Below, in pieces: positions 37,515 to 45,070 of a stretch of 55,067 bases of DNA. The DNA is from a virus (lineage: Duplodnaviria > Caudoviricetes), in the IMG/VR virus record IMGVR_UViG_3300027969_000130, positions 1-55,067 of that record. One strand, written 5' to 3'. Each line of letters opens with the position of its first letter. Position 1 is the first letter of the stretch. The notes beneath the pieces are model-generated. The model saw only the letters and a list, made by a program, of their open reading frames with translations. It was not told the origin of the DNA and searched no databases. The position numbers and the translations under genes are program-made.

Positions 37515-38499
37515 TGATGACCTCCTCAAGTTGTAGTAAAAACTCTTGACGCTTGTTGAAGCGCTTTGCATAAGATGGATGCATGACCTTATGAATCTTG
37601 CGAGTGAAATCGCTCATAGTGTCGTAAGCCTGATTGCCAAAGCAGATGACCTTCATGTAAGGCTTTGCACGTAAACAATCATTGACGTACAAAGGACCAT
37701 TGCCATCATGCGCATTGATGTAGATTGCTCTAGTCTCATCAAAGGACAATGAATGCAAAGCATCAGCAAAGAATTCGCTGCAATTGGCAAAGTCGTAAAA
37801 GGGCCAGCTGACTGCCCGCATCTTGCTGTTGGCTTTGTCACCTACAAAGATGATGTTGGCTTCATGCAAGTGACCTGCAAAGTTCTTGGTGTGCAAGTGC
37901 AAAGCAGGCTCATATTGCTTCATCAGTCGTGATTGAAGGACAGACATCACCATGTCAATGTAGACATCAAGATTGGTACCTTCAACGTCATAGCGATATG
38001 GCAGCACATCATCACGCATGCGCATACCAAACACAGACAGCTGTTGTGCGTAGTCATAGTCATGGCCAGACAAACCACCTTCAAACAACTCATCAAAGCG
38101 CTTGCGAACATGATCGACGTTGTCATACATCTCTTCGCGTTCACCTTTAAGCTGCTCAAACTTTTCAGCATGGTTAGCAGGTGATTGAGTCAAGATGTAG
38201 ACGCCACCAACCTTGCGGATGATGCGATCAATCATGCGACCCATGTGAGGCCAAGGGCTGCCATTACGATACACCTCTGCATAGATGGCTTCGCTCATCC
38301 AAAGGCGATCGATCACAACCAAACGTGAACGCGACAACTTCAATGCACGATGCAAGGCGGCTGTGTGATACAGCGGCATCTTTGAAGGCCAGCGATATGT
38401 GTTGTGAATGTAGACGCCATCGTGGCGTTTGCAAATAGCTTCAGCAAGCGTAGTCTTGCCTGTTCCATCACAACCGTCAATGACAATAATGCCTTTCAT
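37507..38499 (-). CDS. dNMP kinase (P-loop, TMK-like) fused to a uracil-DNA-glycosylase-like domain
   Basis: IDGCDGTGKTT and VIDR.W.SE kinase motifs; C-terminal IIFVGDKAN...PF...YIN...VICFGNQA...HPSY. Confidence 0.7.
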   Translation of the reverse strand: MKGIIVIDGCDGTGKTTLAEAICKRHDGVYIHNTYRWPSKMPLYHTAALHRALKLSRSRLVVIDRLWMSEAIYAEVYRNGSPWPHMGRMIDRIIRKVGGVYILTQSPANHAEKFEQLKGEREEMYDNVDHVRKRFDELFEGGLSGHDYDYAQQLSVFGMRMRDDVLPYRYDVEGTNLDVYIDMVMSVLQSRLMKQYEPALHLHTKNFAGHLHEANIIFVGDKANSKMRAVSWPFYDFANCSEFFADALHSLSFDETRAIYINAHDGNGPLYVNDCLRAKPYMKVICFGNQAYDTMSDFTRKIHKVMHPSYAKRFNKRQEFLLQLEEVING

Positions 38500-38885
38500 T
38501 CTTTCTCCTTTCTGATGAGGTCCGTAAGCGTTGGAGCCACGAATCCTGCAGGTTTCACTATATCATAGGTAGACCCGCGTTTGCTATCTTCTTGCCTTAA
38601 AGCGCGCACTTTTTTCATGTTTGCTTCATGCACCCTTTTGAAGCCCTCGTCAAAGGGCAAGCCTGATAAGTAGGCCGCCCCAAGAGCTACGTAGACCAAG
38701 TCAATCAGGCCGTCAAAATACTCTTCCAAGTTGCCATTGATTGCTGCTGCTCTGATCTCGTTCAACTCTTCTTGCAGATGAGCGTTCTTGAGCTCCCAGA
38801 TCTCCCTCACCGGAAAGTCAGGCTGGGCAGTCGGTTCCAGACCAAACTTCTGATGAAACTCTGCTACCATCTTTGACAGATCCAT
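38496..38885 (-). CDS. All-alpha NTP pyrophosphohydrolase (MazG/PRA-PH-like)
   Basis: FHQKFG, LQEELNE, DGLIDLVYVALG, VHEANMKK, IVKPAGF. Confidence 0.85.
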   Translation of the reverse strand: MDLSKMVAEFHQKFGLEPTAQPDFPVREIWELKNAHLQEELNEIRAAAINGNLEEYFDGLIDLVYVALGAAYLSGLPFDEGFKRVHEANMKKVRALRQEDSKRGSTYDIVKPAGFVAPTLTDLIRKEKE

Positions 38886-38887
38886 GG

Positions 38888-39742
38888 TTACTCTCCAAGG
38901 TAGTCAAAGAGTGGCTGCCAGGCTTCGCTGCTTGACAGGGGCTTTGTGAGGTCTGCAAATTTGCCTGCGCTAAACATCTCAGTATTTTTCGGCAGTTTGA
39001 CCCGCCAGAGCACGTTCCGAGAACGGTGAGGATATAAGGGGGCAAATATAGTTGCCAAGTAATTGCTGTCGTAGTAATCACGCAGGCGGCTGAACACTGA
39101 ATCGAGATCATCTTTGGCGATCATTTCCTTGTAGTCTTTGATTGAGGCAAAAGTGCCGAAGTGGTCGTCAACTTCCAAACCAACCTTGTGAAGCATCAAC
39201 TGCATCACTTCGTAGGTCATCTCGTTGACGTGGTTGTCTGCTGCACCGACTTGTGGGTCGTAGACAGGGGTGGACAAGAAGGCGACGCCGTCATCAGTCA
39301 AGCGATCACGGATACCTTCCAGCATCTTGTAAGCATGCAAAGGCTCAACGTGCTCAAGGACTTCAAAGCTTGTGATGACGTCAAACTTCTCATGAGGCAG
39401 CTTGCAGTCTGGGAAGGCCACGTTGCCAATCAGAGTGGGCTTGAACTTGGTGTTCTCAAAAGCCTTAGGCATTTCCAGCTTGTTGTAGTCAATGCCGATG
39501 TAGTCAAGACCATCTGACGCCATACGACTGGTCATCAGCATCTTTGCCAACGGTACGTCTTTGCCGCAGCCAATGTCAAGCAGCTTGCAATCCTTGCGGT
39601 GTTTAGGGTTGCCCATCCACTTTGCTACATGCGTCCAACGTAGACAGTGGGCGATGTAGTCTCTATGAATGAAACCACGTTCCTCAGCCTGATCAATGCT
39701 CAGGTGAGTGTTGTCGATAGACTTTCCTCTGGCGTTTGCCAT
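38888..39742 (-). CDS. Class I SAM-dependent methyltransferase (small-molecule type)
   Basis: LLDIGCG motif I, YIGID, FDVITSFEVLEHV, LSTP; no DPPY/NPPY/PC DNA-MTase motif. Confidence 0.85.
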   Translation of the reverse strand: MANARGKSIDNTHLSIDQAEERGFIHRDYIAHCLRWTHVAKWMGNPKHRKDCKLLDIGCGKDVPLAKMLMTSRMASDGLDYIGIDYNKLEMPKAFENTKFKPTLIGNVAFPDCKLPHEKFDVITSFEVLEHVEPLHAYKMLEGIRDRLTDDGVAFLSTPVYDPQVGAADNHVNEMTYEVMQLMLHKVGLEVDDHFGTFASIKDYKEMIAKDDLDSVFSRLRDYYDSNYLATIFAPLYPHRSRNVLWRVKLPKNTEMFSAGKFADLTKPLSSSEAWQPLFDYLGE

Positions 39743-39767
39743 AATTTTCTCCTAGAGTGGGAATGAA

Positions 39768-39783
39768 GGGGGCCGAAGCCCCC
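39768..39783 (-). terminator. CUUCGG hairpin after DUF932 gene
   Basis: GGGGGC-TTCG-GCCCCC followed by TTCATT. Confidence 0.5.
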
Positions 39784-39788
39784 AGGTT

Positions 39789-40775
39789 TTAGGCTGCTTC
39801 AGCGAACTCGACGGCTAAGTCAAGTGCTTGGCGTTTACGAGTAGCAGCTGAACCAAACCACGCGCTTGTCAGACGCTTGTCTTGATCAGTTCCAGCGACG
39901 TGATCGTAGTAGTACGTCACGGCGTTGAATGCGCCCCACCAAGTACCTGCTGAAGTCTTCAGATCAGCGCCTGGTTGGGTGTGCACGATGTCAATCAAAC
40001 GGTTGACCGTACGGCCAAGATCTGAACGATTGACTTGACCATCTTCAGAAGCAATCAATGCTGCTTGATATTGGTCTGGATTGACAAGCTTGGAAAAGAA
40101 TTCCATGACTTGTTGATCTTTAGCGCGTTTCTTAGACAGAAACTCTGCTTGCTGCTTGAACACGTCGAGCGATTTCATTGCAAGGCCAACTTTTTCCGCA
40201 GCAGTTTGCTTGATCTCGTCGTCAAATGCGCGATCGTGTGACATGCGGAATGTGTTCTCCTTGTTTTTATTATCGCGAAGAGCGGCCGTCAGCGTGTTAT
40301 TACAAACAACGCGGATTGGCGTGAACATGATCTGCAGGCTGCGACCCCAGATGTGTGGATTGTCGAGCAAGATGTAGCCTTCGACTTCGTCTTTGCCGCC
40401 CAACATAAAGCCGCCGTTGATCTTTGCAAGGCCCCAAACACGCTTGCCACCATGAAGAGAACCTGCAGTCTCCATCTTCATATCGCCGGCTTTGCAGAAC
40501 TTGTCAAAGAACTCAAAGACTTCTTGGTTTTGTGTGGGGTTGTAGTCGCTGCCGCAGACGCCAAGGATCTTGCTGTCTGTGTCGCGCACCAAAGCGTAGT
40601 GGCTGCTCAACACGTGGTCGAGTTCGTCGACGACCAAAGCTTTCTTCTTGACTTGCCAGTTGAGTCCAGCTGCTTCGAGCATCTGGGCAGGAGTCAAGTT
40701 GTCAGCGACAGGGGTACCAAGGCCGTGCCAAGGGGTCTCATTGGCGTAAGCCATCGTTTCAACTTCATGTGACAT
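39789..40775 (-). CDS. DUF932 (phage/plasmid-like protein TIGR03299 family)
   Basis: PWHGLG, AGLNWQV, ETAGSL.GG..VW.LA, TPIRVVCNNTL, GTWWGAFNAVT motifs. Confidence 0.88.
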   Translation of the reverse strand: MSHEVETMAYANETPWHGLGTPVADNLTPAQMLEAAGLNWQVKKKALVVDELDHVLSSHYALVRDTDSKILGVCGSDYNPTQNQEVFEFFDKFCKAGDMKMETAGSLHGGKRVWGLAKINGGFMLGGKDEVEGYILLDNPHIWGRSLQIMFTPIRVVCNNTLTAALRDNKNKENTFRMSHDRAFDDEIKQTAAEKVGLAMKSLDVFKQQAEFLSKKRAKDQQVMEFFSKLVNPDQYQAALIASEDGQVNRSDLGRTVNRLIDIVHTQPGADLKTSAGTWWGAFNAVTYYYDHVAGTDQDKRLTSAWFGSAATRKRQALDLAVEFAEAA

Positions 40776-40831
40776 GATAAATACCTTTCTTCTTTCTGTT
40801 TATGCTAGCAGGATTGCTGTGCATGGGATTG

Positions 40832-40861
40832 ATTCTAGTGCGTAAAACCACGCAGCGCGCA
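40832..40861 (-). promoter_or_regulatory. Early promoter P2: TGCGCGC-N17-TAGAAT
   Basis: Same architecture as P1/P3, A-tract upstream, dyad TGCGT...ACGCA in spacer. Confidence 0.65.
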
Positions 40862-40900
40862 CTTTTTTTAAAATAAATGCTATCACTTATACCAGCTGGG

Positions 40901-41068
40901 CTCAAATTCCCTATAGAGTGATTCTAGAGCCATAACAGAGTGTATCAGTTCAATTAAAAACTATTCTAACACTCGTTCGCTCGATAGCATAAGGCTGCGC
41001 GAAGCCAAAACAGAGAATACTAGTACACTCTGTTTTGGTCTAGAAAATCATCTATAGCGTTTTTGGAG
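40901..41068. repeat. Palindromic element B (homologue of element A)
   Basis: Left arm CTATAGAGTG...TAACAGAGTGTA (40901-40944), right arm TACACTCTGTT...CATCTATAGCGTTTTTGGAG (41024-41068); aligns ungapped with A for about 83 bp. Confidence 0.8.
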
Positions 41069-44000
41069 TTCTGCCAGACCGCCCCTGGCCTTGCGGGTCA
41101 AGGCTTCTTGGTCTGTTACGCGGAACCAGTTACCTACGCCGCCAGAACCACCGGCTGGTCTTTCATAGCCAGAGAATCCACCTGCCTTAGCAACACCTTC
41201 CATCACGAAGTCCTTGCCTTGCGCGGTATCGTAGATCTCCTCGCCTGTCATTGCCTTGCCTTCTGGCAGCTTGTTGAAGAACCTGCGCATCAGTTTTACA
41301 TCTTCAGGGCTGTAGGTCTCTTCAAAGCGAAGCAACTTGGCTGCAGGCACGTCAAACTTGTTGATCATAGGAGGGCCTTCTTGCCCCATCTGAGTCATCT
41401 TGTCTTGAGCCCGCTTGATTGCATAGCCTTGGTCAGTAGTTACGTCTAGATTCTTCTCCCTGTCTAAACGGATACGGCTAGGACCTCCATGGAGGACCCG
41501 TAGCAGGCCTTCTGCTGCATCCTTCATGTTGCCTACACGTCCACCACTCTGGAAGCCCTGGGGAGCCGTAGGAGGTTCCTTGGGTTGTTCTTCCTCAACT
41601 ACTGGTTCCTTCTCCATCATTCGCTTGCCTGTTTCCAGGGCAGCAGCGCCACCAGCCATAGGCGGAAGTAACGGAGGAGCCACAAAGCCGTACAGTTTTT
41701 GACCTTCCTTGTTGATCTTTTCCTTCATCTGAGGAGTGATGTCAACTGAGAATGCCTTGATTTTTTCTGCTTTTGGTTGCTCAAGTCGTTTTATTGCTAG
41801 TTCACGAGCAGCTGCTTCTACCCCGCGATCCTGGAATTCATCCATGACATTCCACCAAGCATCTTCCCATTCTGGGCTGTTTGGGTGAAGGCCTTGTTCA
41901 CGAAGCGCCTGATCAGTCAAAGCGTGGGTGCGCTCCATTGCCATTTCCATAAGCTCATCGTCATCTCCGTTAGCAATATCGTCCATCATTCTTTGGATTT
42001 GGCGCTCTGAGACTTTACTTTTGGTGCAGGGGTTCTCAAACTCCATATAACCGGTTGGTGCCTTGAATTCCTTGCCCGCGTAATTCTTGACATAGGAAGG
42101 CAAGCGCTGGTCATAGAATGACTTCATGCCTTCGCCGCCAATGGTCAAGTCTGGTCCGGTGATTTTGGCAAACGAGGCAAGGGGCGGATAAGTTCCTGAT
42201 TCTGGATTTCCTGCCTTGTCACGAACTACGTGGAATTCTTGCCATTGTTCAGGGGTGCGCTCTCCTTCAGGGATAGCCTCAAGCTCTTTCAGTCTTACTT
42301 CTTCAGGAGACAAGTTGCGAAGCTTGTTTGACTTGAGCCAGTTTGTATATTCGTCGACCATTTCGCTTGCAATACTTTCACCAGCAGGTGTTCCATCAAC
42401 ATCAAGTTCCCAACGTTCTTGGTAGTCACGCAGCCACTTCTTTTGGTCGGTGGTCATACGGTCGCCGTACTCCCACAGCAAGTCACTAACGTCCTTGTCG
42501 TCAGGCATAGCATCCGTGCGCTTAACTGGGCTCTTCAGAAGATCGTGAAGCTCAGGAGCCTTGTCTTCGATTTGCTTAGCAATCCCAGCTCCAAACACCT
42601 CTGTAAGAGTCTTGCCTTCGCCAGGGCCTGAGACAAATGTGTCGCCAACAAGCTTGCCATCAAAAACAGTACGGTCGCCTTTTTTGCCCTGAATCATCAA
42701 TGAGCCATCTTCTGCTGGGTTGTAGTTGATCGAGTCAACGGCCTGACGCAAGCCGCTTTCATATCGCTTGACTTGCTCAACACCAGGAGAGAACGCGACC
42801 TTGTCATAGCCTTCTTTAGCAGCCAGGTCTAAGATGTCCTTGGTAGCAAGCTCATGCCAGTTCTTCTTGAATGGGGCATCAGGAACTTTACTCTCAATTC
42901 CAGAGGCTTCTTTTCTTAGTTCATCAACGATATACTTTTCAGGAGAAGTTGTGTGAGTACGAGTATCCGCCCCCTTACGAGGTTGACCTGTCTTAGGATC
43001 AACTTCAATAACAGTCACAGACCAGTCGTACTTGGTTTCATCCGTTGCTTTTTTAGTTGCCCAACGCTCAGCGGCCTCACCTTCAATGCCGGCACTCTTT
43101 GCACGCTGAATGGCGTAGTCATAGGCCTTTTTATAAGCTGGGCTTCCTTCGCCTGAATTAAAAGACAACACCTTGTCCATACCGCCGTATCCAGGAACAA
43201 TCTTTCCTGGTGTGAAGTATTCCTTCAATTCTTCTTGGTTCATCCCAGTGTTCCGGAGACGCTCCATCTTAGAGTTCAGCTGATAGAGCTTTTCGTCGTC
43301 CTCAGCAGACCGATAGCCAAAATTCTCGTCAACCTGTTTTTCAATTTCGGCTTTGCGTTCTTTGTTTAAGCGATTAAAGACCGACCTAATCTTGTTCTCA
43401 TTTTCGTTAGTCACATCAGTCGAGCCAACCTCAGCAAGAGCCTTTTGACGAATGTCCGTGCGCTCAGACTCAAGGATCCTCTTGACTTCACGCTTGCGAG
43501 CATCACGAGCCTTTTGGTGCCAGTCTGATTGGATCTCGTCAACGTACAAGACTTTCTCACCATTAGGGCCAGTCATGTCAGAGACGCGGTAATGAGCCAA
43601 GACATCTGGATCGTCCCAGTGGCTGGCAGTAAACATCTGACGCTCGGTGGTGACCTTGTCAATCAGGGAATTAAGTTCCTTGTTGACTGCTGCCGCCTCT
43701 TCTTCAGTTGCTGGATTGCTTTTTAAAAGCTCATCGATGCGCTGGCTTATGGCAGCAGCTCCTGGAGCAGACCTGTCTTCATGCTGAAGCAAGATCTCAC
43801 GATAGTTGTTTTGGCCTTTGCTCTTGCTGTATTGACTAAACTTGGTATTTGTAGCACCCAAAGCCAAGTCAAACTGTTCTTCTGCTTCTACAACAGCCCG
43901 CCTTACGTTTTGAAGAAGATAAGCTGATTCAGAATCAAGCTTCCCTGTTGCAGGATCAACTGGAATTCCAAGCTCTTCTGGATCCATATTCCTGACTTGT

Positions 44001-45070
44001 TTTGCGTCAAGGATCTCACCTGTTTCGGGATGAAAAAAACCTAAGTTTCGTCCGGTTGCAGGATCAACAACAGGCTGAATGTTTAATTCTTCAAGCGCAT
44101 TTTCAAACCTTTTTTCAAGACGGGGTTGCCATTCCGGATCCAAGCCTTGTCCAAGCTTGATTCGCTTAGGGATTGGTGGCTTGTTTGCAGCAATAGTCTT
44201 TTGCAATTCTTCCTGAGTGATCTTAGGAGATGCTTGTAGCTTTTGCTTAATGGCTCTAGATTCAAGTTCTTCTGGCTTAATGCCTGGAGTGGTCTCAAGC
44301 TGCTTAAGGATCTGCTCGCCAGTTCCTTTTTTCTGCTTTAGCGTATTGATCGCCTTGTCAACAGCAGAGAAGAACGTAGCGACCTTGCCAACCTTGCCGC
44401 CTTCTTCGTACTTTTGAATCAGGCCGCCCAAGGCTTTTTTGTCTGGCTCGCTAAAAGCTTCAACAGCCGTGCCTATTGATCCGCCAAAAGCCGTTCCAAT
44501 ACCGTAGTTGATGGCTCTTGGATCGACTGTAGGAGACAGATATTCGATAGGAGCAGCAGCAACCTTGCCGGCCATTCCCATCTTCTTTGCTCCGCCAAGG
44601 ATCTTGTTCATCAAGGCGCCAGGAACCGGCAACTGACCGAGCATCTCGCCGCCAGCATAAGAAAAGTGCTCAAGAGCCCCTTTAGGCTCATTGATACCCA
44701 TGTCCTTACGGACGGCTTCCTTGATCTTGCCTGCCTTTTTATCAGCTGCAACCGCAAAGTCTGGAGCGTACTTTTCATCTACAATACCAGCAACTGCTGG
44801 AATAGCCACGGTGTTGTAGTAGATGCCAGGAGTTCCCTTGCCCACGCCAACTTCGCCTTTGTCGTCAAGGCCAGACCACTGGCTTCTAAAACCAGCAGTC
44901 GCTTGCTTGGCTGCCCTGACTACGGAGTCAAGAGTTTCCTTGCGGCTTTCAAAAGCTCTTTTGGTGTCTGGGTTAGAAGGAGTTTCCTTGAGCTTTGAGA
45001 TGGAGTCTCTAATCTCCTGAGCCTTGTTCCCTTTTTCGTACTTCTTTTCGAGTTTGTCGAGGTCACTCAT
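41048..45070 (-). CDS. Large polyvalent internal virion/ejection protein (1340 aa)
   Basis: Last gene of the ejection cluster; central HYR...LYVDEIQSDWHQ / APFKKNW / GYDKVAF domain; C-terminal ART-PolyVal-like segment; domains separated by xxxGG motifs. Confidence 0.65.
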   Translation of the reverse strand: MSDLDKLEKKYEKGNKAQEIRDSISKLKETPSNPDTKRAFESRKETLDSVVRAAKQATAGFRSQWSGLDDKGEVGVGKGTPGIYYNTVAIPAVAGIVDEKYAPDFAVAADKKAGKIKEAVRKDMGINEPKGALEHFSYAGGEMLGQLPVPGALMNKILGGAKKMGMAGKVAAAPIEYLSPTVDPRAINYGIGTAFGGSIGTAVEAFSEPDKKALGGLIQKYEEGGKVGKVATFFSAVDKAINTLKQKKGTGEQILKQLETTPGIKPEELESRAIKQKLQASPKITQEELQKTIAANKPPIPKRIKLGQGLDPEWQPRLEKRFENALEELNIQPVVDPATGRNLGFFHPETGEILDAKQVRNMDPEELGIPVDPATGKLDSESAYLLQNVRRAVVEAEEQFDLALGATNTKFSQYSKSKGQNNYREILLQHEDRSAPGAAAISQRIDELLKSNPATEEEAAAVNKELNSLIDKVTTERQMFTASHWDDPDVLAHYRVSDMTGPNGEKVLYVDEIQSDWHQKARDARKREVKRILESERTDIRQKALAEVGSTDVTNENENKIRSVFNRLNKERKAEIEKQVDENFGYRSAEDDEKLYQLNSKMERLRNTGMNQEELKEYFTPGKIVPGYGGMDKVLSFNSGEGSPAYKKAYDYAIQRAKSAGIEGEAAERWATKKATDETKYDWSVTVIEVDPKTGQPRKGADTRTHTTSPEKYIVDELRKEASGIESKVPDAPFKKNWHELATKDILDLAAKEGYDKVAFSPGVEQVKRYESGLRQAVDSINYNPAEDGSLMIQGKKGDRTVFDGKLVGDTFVSGPGEGKTLTEVFGAGIAKQIEDKAPELHDLLKSPVKRTDAMPDDKDVSDLLWEYGDRMTTDQKKWLRDYQERWELDVDGTPAGESIASEMVDEYTNWLKSNKLRNLSPEEVRLKELEAIPEGERTPEQWQEFHVVRDKAGNPESGTYPPLASFAKITGPDLTIGGEGMKSFYDQRLPSYVKNYAGKEFKAPTGYMEFENPCTKSKVSERQIQRMMDDIANGDDDELMEMAMERTHALTDQALREQGLHPNSPEWEDAWWNVMDEFQDRGVEAAARELAIKRLEQPKAEKIKAFSVDITPQMKEKINKEGQKLYGFVAPPLLPPMAGGAAALETGKRMMEKEPVVEEEQPKEPPTAPQGFQSGGRVGNMKDAAEGLLRVLHGGPSRIRLDREKNLDVTTDQGYAIKRAQDKMTQMGQEGPPMINKFDVPAAKLLRFEETYSPEDVKLMRRFFNKLPEGKAMTGEEIYDTAQGKDFVMEGVAKAGGFSGYERPAGGSGGVGNWFRVTDQEALTRKARGGLAELQKRYR

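Noticed and set aside
38888-39742. DNA adenine or cytosine methyltransferase
   Set aside because: No (D/N/S)PP(Y/F) or PC/ENV catalytic motifs; motif order fits a small-molecule methyltransferase.
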